DNA of 64,000 bases from Candidatus Fimenecus sp. GTDB lineage: Bacteria; Bacillota; Clostridia; Oscillospirales; Acutalibacteraceae. Below the pieces are notes generated by a model that was given only the letters and a program-made list of their open reading frames with translations, did no database searches and was not told where the DNA came from. Location: positions 46,700 through 110,699 of the forward strand of contig JAZQUG010000044.1 of NCBI GenBank assembly GCA_045631225.1. The letters are read 5' to 3'. Numbering within the stretch: position 1 is the stretch's first letter; each line of letters starts with the position of its first letter. Of the stretch, positions 18,340-25,775 are shown piece by piece. Made by a program: the position numbers and the translations under genes.

Positions 18340-18360
18340 GCCTTATTAACTTTCAAAGTA

Positions 18361-18402
18361 AAAAAGGTGCTTACGCAACATCAGAAATTGCTAAAGCACC
18401 TT
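18361..18402 (-). terminator. Intrinsic terminator of the rnf operon
   Basis: AAGGTGCTT...AAGCACCTT stem, followed by a U-run on the minus strand. Confidence 0.6.
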
Positions 18403-18435
18403 TTATTTTATTCTGCACTTATCAGAGCAGTTCTG

Positions 18436-19242
18436 TTATACTTTTTTCATATCTACAAGATCAATAACTCCCACAGGACAAACCTCGTGACATTTGCCAC
18501 AGCCAATACATTTCTGGTAATCAACATGAGCTACAAAGTTTTCAACCTTAACGGCATCATACTCACAGGCCTTAACGCACTTCATACAACCGATACAACC
18601 TGCGGTACATTCTTTCCTTGTAACTGCACCCTTATTATGGTTTTTACAAAGTACGGCAGCTGTAACACGATGAAGCGGCATCATTTCAATAAGTCCCTTA
18701 GGACAGGTATTTACGCACATTTTACAAGCACGACATTCAATAGGATTAATTCTTGCAACACCGTTGCAGATGTGAATTGCATCGTAAGGACAAGCCTTGA
18801 CACAATCACCAAGTCCCAAGCAACCATATACACATTCTTTAGGGCCACTGTAAAGCTGTGTAGCCATTCGACAACTATCAACTCCCTGATAGTCATATTT
18901 AAGCTTTGCATTTCCGTCATGCCCCATACAAAGCACAACAGCAGCTTCAGGCATAACCTCACCAGCCTGCAACCCTAATATAGTCGCAATATCCTTTGAC
19001 ACTGCATTACCACCCGGTGAACAAAGAGCAGTATTGTCAGTTTCACCTTTTGCCAAAGCAGCAGCATAACCGTCACATCCTGAAAATCCGCAAGCACCAC
19101 AGTTAGCACCGGGAAGACATTCACGGACAGCCTCTGCTTTTTCATCCTTTGGAACAGCAAAGACGATTGAGGCAATTGCAAGTCCAAGTCCGAGAACAAG
19201 ACCAATTACAGATACAATAACTACAGCAGTTAAAATTTCCAT
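18436..19242 (-). CDS. rnfB: Rnf complex subunit B (polyferredoxin)
   Basis: N-terminal TM helix, a CGACGFSGC cluster, and several CxxCxxCxxxCP 4Fe-4S motifs. Confidence 0.92.
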   Translation of the reverse strand: MEILTAVVIVSVIGLVLGLGLAIASIVFAVPKDEKAEAVRECLPGANCGACGFSGCDGYAAALAKGETDNTALCSPGGNAVSKDIATILGLQAGEVMPEAAVVLCMGHDGNAKLKYDYQGVDSCRMATQLYSGPKECVYGCLGLGDCVKACPYDAIHICNGVARINPIECRACKMCVNTCPKGLIEMMPLHRVTAAVLCKNHNKGAVTRKECTAGCIGCMKCVKACEYDAVKVENFVAHVDYQKCIGCGKCHEVCPVGVIDLVDMKKV

Positions 19243-19254
19243 CTTATTCCCTCC

Positions 19255-19845
19255 TTAACCGAAAATTCCATCAACAAGTCCTGTGAAGCCTAAGAATGAC
19301 ATTGAAACAAGAGATGCTGAAACAAGAGTGATTGGAAGTCCTTGTAAGCTCTTTGGAATATCTGCACCCTCAAGTCGTTCACGGACACCTGCGAACATAA
19401 TCATGGCAACCATAAAACCGAAACCTGCGCCCAGTGAAGAAACGATTGATTCGCCGAAGTTATAACCATTATCAATATTAAGAAGAACAACACCAAGTAC
19501 AGCACAGTTTGTTGTTATGAGCGGAAGATAAATACCCAACGAGTTATAAAGAGCCACCATATACTTTTTAAGTATAATTTCAACAAGCTGAACAAGTGCT
19601 GCGATTACAAGGATAAATACGATTGTCTGAAGATACTCCATCCCATTTTTCACAAGTAATGTGTTGATAGGATATGTAACAGCAGTAGCTAACACCATAA
19701 CGAAGATTACGGCAGCACTCATACCAACAGCAGTATTTACCTTTTTAGAAACTCCGAGGAACGGACAGATACCCAAGAATTTTGAAAGAATAAAGTTGTC
19801 AGTTAAAATTCCTGTAAGAAGAATTGCTAAAAATACTTTAATCAT
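19255..19845 (-). CDS. rnfA: Rnf complex subunit A
   Basis: 196-aa polytopic membrane protein, paralogous to RnfE, in the conserved operon position. Confidence 0.92.
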   Translation of the reverse strand: MIKVFLAILLTGILTDNFILSKFLGICPFLGVSKKVNTAVGMSAAVIFVMVLATAVTYPINTLLVKNGMEYLQTIVFILVIAALVQLVEIILKKYMVALYNSLGIYLPLITTNCAVLGVVLLNIDNGYNFGESIVSSLGAGFGFMVAMIMFAGVRERLEGADIPKSLQGLPITLVSASLVSMSFLGFTGLVDGIFG

Positions 19846-20543
19846 TTTGTTTCCTCCTTACACGCATCATTTGTACCGATAAGTGAGCATGATGAAGCCA
19901 TCGGACAAGCCGAACAGCCCTTAAGCTCTGCCTTTGGCTTACCGTTGCTTTCAGCAACCTTATTTGCAAGAGCTATAAGAATACCGAATACAAAGAAGCC
20001 ACCCGGTGCCAAAACGAAGATTGTCATTGGTGGAATTGCTTCCGGTAAAACAGTAAATCCTGCAAGTGACCCTGCACCAAGAAGCTCACGGATACCACCC
20101 ATAAGGAGAAGTGCGGCAGTAAAGCCAACACCCATACCTACACCGTCGATAGCTGAATAAAGAACTGTATTTTTACTTGCAAATGCTTCAGCACGGCCAA
20201 GAATGATACAGTTAACAACGATAAGAGGAAGATAAACACCGAGCATTTCGTCAATCTGTGGTAAAAACGCCTTAACAAGCATCTGAACGATTGACACGAA
20301 GCCTGCGATAATAACAACATATGCAGGAATACGAACCTTTGACGGGATAACCTTACGAAGTGCTGAAATAACAATATTTGAGCACACAAGAACAACAGTA
20401 GCAGCAAGTCCCATACCGATTGCACTTTCAACAGATGTGGAGGTTGCAAGAGTCGGACAAGTACCGAGAACGAGTCTTAAAACAGGGTTTTCCAGAATAA
20501 GACCTTTAGTAAATTCTTTTCCGAGAGATTTTTTCTCAGCCAT
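19842..20543 (-). CDS. rnfE: Rnf complex subunit E
   Basis: Polytopic RnfA/E family protein in the conserved operon position. Confidence 0.92.
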   Translation of the reverse strand: MAEKKSLGKEFTKGLILENPVLRLVLGTCPTLATSTSVESAIGMGLAATVVLVCSNIVISALRKVIPSKVRIPAYVVIIAGFVSIVQMLVKAFLPQIDEMLGVYLPLIVVNCIILGRAEAFASKNTVLYSAIDGVGMGVGFTAALLLMGGIRELLGAGSLAGFTVLPEAIPPMTIFVLAPGGFFVFGILIALANKVAESNGKPKAELKGCSACPMASSCSLIGTNDACKEETK

Positions 20544-20545
20544 TC

Positions 20546-21109
20546 TTAAGCCACCTCCTCATAAAGCTCTAACGCAATATTAACAGCCTCTGTAACTGCC
20601 TTTGATGTGATTGTTGCACCTGTAAGTGCCTGAATTTCGTTTTCAGAAGGTGCATTTTTGTTAACTGCAATTTCTCCTGATTTACCTACATACTGATTTT
20701 TGAACTCATCAGCATCAGCATTCATACCAAGACCTGCAGTTTCGGAAATAGTGAGGAAATCCATTCCGCTGACTGTACCGTCACTTAACACACCCACCAT
20801 TGTTACAATGTCACCGCCATAACCCTTGGCTGATGTTGTGAACACGTAACCATTGACATTATTTTCCTTGTCATAGCCTTCAAAGTATGTATAAGCAACA
20901 CCGTTTAATTCAACTGTTTTTTCCTCTGAAAAGCTTTCTGCAGTTGAAAGCACCTGTGCCTTTGTTTTATTGGCAGTTTCAATCTGAAGCTTTTCAATCT
21001 GTGGCTTCGTTACTGAATTTGTCAGGGCTAACAGCATTGTCACAACTGCACAGATAAGGAAAAGTGAAAGAGTAGGAACGAGAACTTCTTTTATATCGAA
21101 TTTCTTCAT
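20546..21109 (-). CDS. rnfG: Rnf complex subunit G (FMN-binding)
   Basis: N-terminal TM helix and an FMN_bind domain with the TGATITS flavinylation motif. Confidence 0.9.
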   Translation of the reverse strand: MKKFDIKEVLVPTLSLFLICAVVTMLLALTNSVTKPQIEKLQIETANKTKAQVLSTAESFSEEKTVELNGVAYTYFEGYDKENNVNGYVFTTSAKGYGGDIVTMVGVLSDGTVSGMDFLTISETAGLGMNADADEFKNQYVGKSGEIAVNKNAPSENEIQALTGATITSKAVTEAVNIALELYEEVA

Positions 21110-22125
21110 TTTGCAGCTACCTCCTTCTTTTTCTTCTCCTTAATCTCACCGAACGGTCTTGCAGTAGTGAGATGCTCAATATGAGGAACGAGAATATTCA
21201 TAATGATAATTGAGAATGAAACACCCTCAGGTAATGAACCGAAAATTCTGATAAGTGATGTTAAAACACCACAGCCGATTGCATAAATGATTTTACCCTT
21301 AAAGGAAACAGGAGATGTTGTGTAGTCAGTAGCCATAAATACAGCACCAAGAACAAGACCGCCTGCCATAAGCTGATATGCAACAAATGTGAAGTCACCC
21401 TTACCTGCTACAAGCATTGCAACAGCAACAGTACCCACATAAACAAGAGGAATCACAGGAGAAATCACCTTACGGATTACAAGGTAAACAAAGCCTAAAA
21501 CAAGGGCTAAGATACAAACCTCACCAAGACAACCACCCTTGACACCAAGGAACATATCGAGAAGTGAAGGAAGTCCCGCTGTATCAATAGCAGCACCCAT
21601 ATCCTCTGCAGAATAAACTGAAGTCATCTGTGCCAACGGAGTTGCAGTTGTTACTGCATCAACACTGTCCTTATGTGAGAACGGTGCTACGAAATTGCCG
21701 ATTTGTGACGGATAGGAAGCCATAAGAACGATTCGTCCGATTAAAGCAGGGTTTACAAAGTTATTACCGATACCGCCAAAGAACTGTTTTGCAATTACTA
21801 TAGCAGTAAATGCGCCGATTACAACCATCCACACAGGCATTGTTGACGGTAAATTGAATGCTAAAAGCATACCTGTTACAACGGCACTCAAATCTCCGAT
21901 TGTGTTATGTCTTTTCATAACCTTTCTTGAAAGATATTCAAATACCACACAGGAAATAACGGAAACAGCCGTTAAAATAAGAGAATTCAATCCGAAAAGG
22001 ACTACTGATGCTATCAAGGCAGGTATCATTGCGATTATAACATCAAGCATAATAGATGTCGTTGTTGTCTTTGAACGGAAATGTGGTGATGCACTGACAA
22101 CAAGCTTTTTAGTTATTTCACTCAT
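21106..22125 (-). CDS. rnfD: Rnf complex subunit D
   Basis: 339-aa polytopic NqrB/RnfD family protein. Confidence 0.92.
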   Translation of the reverse strand: MSEITKKLVVSASPHFRSKTTTTSIMLDVIIAMIPALIASVVLFGLNSLILTAVSVISCVVFEYLSRKVMKRHNTIGDLSAVVTGMLLAFNLPSTMPVWMVVIGAFTAIVIAKQFFGGIGNNFVNPALIGRIVLMASYPSQIGNFVAPFSHKDSVDAVTTATPLAQMTSVYSAEDMGAAIDTAGLPSLLDMFLGVKGGCLGEVCILALVLGFVYLVIRKVISPVIPLVYVGTVAVAMLVAGKGDFTFVAYQLMAGGLVLGAVFMATDYTTSPVSFKGKIIYAIGCGVLTSLIRIFGSLPEGVSFSIIIMNILVPHIEHLTTARPFGEIKEKKKKEVAAK

Positions 22126-23474
22126 TTCTTTGCCTCCTTTTCACGAATTGTAGCCTTTGCAAGTCTCATATGCTGAACCAAAGGCTTACCTGCAGGACAA
22201 CTGTATGCACAGGAACCACATTCCATACACACCATTGCACCCGAATGCTTAAGCTTTTCAATGTCACCGATTTTAGTGAACTTTTCAATGTTTGTAGGAA
22301 CAAGATTAAGCGGACACGCTGCTGCACAACGACCGCAACGGATACAATCTGTTTCCTTTTTTATACTTAAATCGCCTTTTTTGAATGCGAGTAAGGCGTT
22401 GTTACCCTTAAGCACAGGATAATTGATATCTGTTATTGCAGCACCCATCATAGGACCACCGCAAACCACCTTTTCAGGTTCTTCAACAAAGCCACCACAG
22501 TAATCAATAATATAGTCCATCATAGTACCCACAGGAACACGGATATTTTTAGGATTTTTGATTGCTGAGCCGTCGATTGTCATACTACGACTTACAAGCG
22601 GCTTACCTGTTTCAACATAACGACCTACAAAAGCAATACTTGCAACATTCATTACAACACAGCCAACATCAGACGGTAATTTTCCAGGTGGCATTTTTCT
22701 ACCTGTTGCTGACTGGATAATCATTTTTTCAGCACCCTGAGGATACTTTGATTTAAGTGCCATAACCTTGACCTTGTCACCTTGAGCAGCACTATCTGCA
22801 ATTTCCTTAAGGATTTGTAATGCCATCGGTTTATTATCCTCAACAGCGATAATAACATTATCAATATTAAGATATTTGCTGACAACATCAACGCCAAGCA
22901 TAATATTACCACTATTTTCAACACATTCACGATAGTCAACTGTGATATACGGCTCACATTCAGCAGCATTGATAATAAGCGTGTCAATCTTTGCCTCCTG
23001 TGGAAGATTAAGCTTTACATGAGCAGGGAAACCGGCACCGCCAAGTCCCACAAGACCTGATTTACGGACAGCAGCAACAAGGCTTTTTGCATCTGTTACC
23101 ACAGGTGGTGTAAATTCATCAGGAGTCATAAGACCGTCACTTTCAATAACAACAGCCTTTGAAGTAACACCTGTTGAAAGTTTGATGTCCTTGATTTCAG
23201 TAACTGTACCTGAAATTGAAGCGTAAATCGGTGCGCTGATATAAGCATCACTATCGCCTATAAGCTGACCCACCTTAACATAGTCACCAACGTTAACCAC
23301 AGGTGTACACGGTGCACCAATGCCCTGAGTCATAGCTATCTGAACAAATGGTGGTGTTGGGATTTTCACAACACGCATTTCAGCAGTATTCTTATGATGG
23401 GCAATGCTTACACCACCACGACCCTTTTTAACTGCCTTAAGAACGCCTTTTACTTTAAACTTTAAAGGTTTCAC
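22122..23474 (-). CDS. rnfC: Rnf complex subunit C
   Basis: GLGGAGFP nucleotide/FMN-binding motif and two C-terminal 4Fe-4S motifs (CIRCGRCAAACP, CMECGSCAYSCP). Confidence 0.92.
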   Translation of the reverse strand: MKPLKFKVKGVLKAVKKGRGGVSIAHHKNTAEMRVVKIPTPPFVQIAMTQGIGAPCTPVVNVGDYVKVGQLIGDSDAYISAPIYASISGTVTEIKDIKLSTGVTSKAVVIESDGLMTPDEFTPPVVTDAKSLVAAVRKSGLVGLGGAGFPAHVKLNLPQEAKIDTLIINAAECEPYITVDYRECVENSGNIMLGVDVVSKYLNIDNVIIAVEDNKPMALQILKEIADSAAQGDKVKVMALKSKYPQGAEKMIIQSATGRKMPPGKLPSDVGCVVMNVASIAFVGRYVETGKPLVSRSMTIDGSAIKNPKNIRVPVGTMMDYIIDYCGGFVEEPEKVVCGGPMMGAAITDINYPVLKGNNALLAFKKGDLSIKKETDCIRCGRCAAACPLNLVPTNIEKFTKIGDIEKLKHSGAMVCMECGSCAYSCPAGKPLVQHMRLAKATIREKEAKK

Positions 23475-23995
23475 TTTTCCATCTCCTTTAAATTTATCAT
23501 TTTTGAAAAATACGGCATTGTTAACCGTAATAATGTACCTGTTAAAATTCCTGTAACCACCGATGCAACAAGCATTACAGGAGCATAACCAATAATCGCA
23601 CTGCTCTGTACCAGAAAAAACGATACGGACAGCTGACCTAAATTATGAAATATTGCAGACAAAATGCCGATTCCGGCATATCCGAAGCCTGTTTTATTCC
23701 GCAAAAGAATTATCATACAGATTGCACTGAGAATTCCGCCTGCAAGACTCATACAGAATGCTGTAAAGCCTCTTGTGATAAACACAAACACAGATTTTGC
23801 AAGAACTATAAACAGCGTTTCACCCATACTCAGCCTTGATGCCGAAAACATTACGGGAATATTGGAAAGTCCGAGCTTACTACCCGGTGGCATAAAATAT
23901 GCTGTGGGCAAAAGTCCCTCCACAAATGACAACACAAGGGAAATTGCAGTCATTAGTGCTGTGAATGTAATTCTTTTAATCTTTTCTCTTCTCAT
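23471..23995 (-). CDS. Gx transporter family membrane protein (heptaprenyl-diphosphate-synthase-component-I-like)
   Basis: 174 aa, 5 TM helices, typical neighbour of NusG_II and ApbE. Confidence 0.7.
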   Translation of the reverse strand: MRREKIKRITFTALMTAISLVLSFVEGLLPTAYFMPPGSKLGLSNIPVMFSASRLSMGETLFIVLAKSVFVFITRGFTAFCMSLAGGILSAICMIILLRNKTGFGYAGIGILSAIFHNLGQLSVSFFLVQSSAIIGYAPVMLVASVVTGILTGTLLRLTMPYFSKMINLKEMEK

Positions 23996-23999
23996 ACAT

Positions 24000-24356
24000 T
24001 CACCCTGTCAACGCATCAAGCTGACCTTCACCGCTTATCTCAACAGCAACTCTGTTGGGAGCACAGATAATACCCTCACCTGCTTTTGAGATTTTACCGC
24101 TCCTGACACAAACCTTGTCAGGACAGCTCGAGTCCTTCACATAAATTTCACCATTTTCACGACAGACAGTAACACCGTTAATTTCCTTTTCAAGGTATTC
24201 ACCATTAAGTGATACAGTCTCAACAGCCTTACCGTCAACCTTTATCTGAGCCATTGTGCCCTTTGGGGAGGAATTCATCAAAATCATTCCTGCAACACCA
24301 ATAATCAGCACAAGGACAAGCAATATAAAGTCCTTTTTTGTTATAAGCTTTTTCAT
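24000..24356 (-). CDS. NusG domain II-containing (DUF1312) membrane-anchored protein
   Basis: 118 aa, N-terminal TM helix, family-typical C-terminal region. Confidence 0.7.
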   Translation of the reverse strand: MKKLITKKDFILLVLVLIIGVAGMILMNSSPKGTMAQIKVDGKAVETVSLNGEYLEKEINGVTVCRENGEIYVKDSSCPDKVCVRSGKISKAGEGIICAPNRVAVEISGEGQLDALTG

Positions 24357-25363
24357 TCAATCACCGAAATTGAGAAATCCTCATTCTGAATTGTCAATTT
24401 ATCCACTAAGCCATCCGTAATGAGGACTGATTTGTCCTTTTTTACAATAATCACTTCTGCATCATATTCCTCTGCAAGCTTAAGACCCTTTTCAATCCCC
24501 TCGCAGAAAATTGCAGTTGAAAGAAAATCGCTTAATGTACCGTTATTTACAACAACAGTTACGGAGGTAATGTCGTTTTGTACAGGCTTACCTGTTCTTG
24601 CATCGAAAATGTGAGAATATCGTACTCCGTTCTTTTCGAAATACTTTTCGTAATCACCCGAAGTGGAAATAAAGCAATCGGTAGCATTAAGAATTGCAAA
24701 ATAGTCATTCTGACCGCCAAAAGGATTACGGATACCGATTTTATAAGGCTCCTTACCTATCACACCGATTGAACCGCCAACCGTCACGAGAGCGTTTTCC
24801 ACATTCTGCCCTTTAAGATACTCAATTACCTCATCACAGGCAGTACCCTTACCCAAAGCACCCAAATCGAGAATACCGTCAGTTACGGAAACTGTGCTAC
24901 CGTCAACACTTATTGACGCTTTTTTAAGTTTTTCCACGGTTTTTGCAATCTCTTCATCAGTGGGCACATATCCGCCGTCTTCGATTTTCCACAAGGTCTT
25001 CATTTCACCACTGAAAAGAGTAAATCCGTCACTTTTTCCGGAAAGAGTCATACATTCAGCAATATAATCAACAAACCATTTGTCGGCAGTTATGCTCTTA
25101 TTTGCATTTAATAGGGAAACAGATGATGATGCACTGTTATGAGAAAGAAAAGCTCTGTCGATAAGGCTGATTCTTTCAAATGCATTACTGCAAAGCTCGT
25201 CACCGTCACGCTCACCGTAAACCTTTATGTTCACAGGGCTTCCCATAGCGTAATTAGACAAGGAGGCATCCCTCATACCGCTGTTGATAAGTGAAACAAG
25301 AAAAATCAGAGCAACAAGAACAACACCCAGAACGGGAACAATATTCTTTATTTTTTTCACCAT
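24353..25363 (-). CDS. apbE: FAD:protein FMN transferase
   Basis: ApbE signature (ISTSGDYEKYF, HIFDARTGKP) and an N-terminal anchor. Confidence 0.9.
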   Translation of the reverse strand: MVKKIKNIVPVLGVVLVALIFLVSLINSGMRDASLSNYAMGSPVNIKVYGERDGDELCSNAFERISLIDRAFLSHNSASSSVSLLNANKSITADKWFVDYIAECMTLSGKSDGFTLFSGEMKTLWKIEDGGYVPTDEEIAKTVEKLKKASISVDGSTVSVTDGILDLGALGKGTACDEVIEYLKGQNVENALVTVGGSIGVIGKEPYKIGIRNPFGGQNDYFAILNATDCFISTSGDYEKYFEKNGVRYSHIFDARTGKPVQNDITSVTVVVNNGTLSDFLSTAIFCEGIEKGLKLAEEYDAEVIIVKKDKSVLITDGLVDKLTIQNEDFSISVIE

Positions 25364-25391
25364 TTCACCACCTATTTTTCCATACTATAAT

Positions 25392-25420
25392 ATAATACAA
25401 CATTTTAGCACTTTAATCAA
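25392..25420 (-). promoter_or_regulatory. Candidate promoter of the apbE-rnf operon
   Basis: On the minus strand: TTGATT, 17-nt spacer, TATTAT. Confidence 0.45.
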
Positions 25421-25495
25421 TTGGTAAATATATTGAAATAATGGCAAATAAATGATACAAAATGACGATAAAGCAAACTTTCCGTTCGACAAATA

Positions 25496-25716
25496 GGAGT
25501 TTATCGGGATGAATAATGAAGTATTGCTACGCAATATGAAGTAATCTACGATTATTAAGTATTTATCGTTGATAAATATGAAGTAAAGTAAATCCTTTCA
25601 TATGCCGTAAGGCATACTTCATAGCAACGCTACTTCATATCCGTCAGGATACTTCATAAATCAAACGGATTTACTTCATTGTGGCGAAGCCACATCTCCC
25701 CGATAAATTATAATTT
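25496..25716. mobile_element. MITE/REP-like non-coding element with an internal iteron-like array (E1)
   Basis: Terminal inverted repeat TTTATCGGG (25500-25508) / CCCCGATAAA (25698-25707). Seven ATGAAGTA/TACTTCAT octamers inside. Ends in AAATTATAATTT (25705-25716). Confidence 0.5.
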
Positions 25717-25724
25717 ACATACAC

Positions 25725-25757
25725 AAACAACAAAAGCAGGGTCGAAACCCTGCTTTG
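25725..25757 (-). terminator. Intrinsic terminator of the M23 peptidase gene
   Basis: AAAGCAGGGT-CGAA-ACCCTGCTTT hairpin at 25733-25756, followed by a T-rich tract on the minus strand. Confidence 0.7.
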
Positions 25758-25775
25758 TTAAGTTGATATATTTAA

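Noticed and set aside
18322-18978. 218-aa + strand ORF
   Set aside because: It is antisense to rnfB, whose ferredoxin motifs are unambiguous. It is a typical shadow ORF.
18436-25363. apbE-NusG_II-Gx-rnfCDGEAB cluster as a potentially novel system
   Set aside because: The gene order and content are the standard Clostridia Rnf operon with its flavinylation and accessory genes. Nothing unusual was seen.
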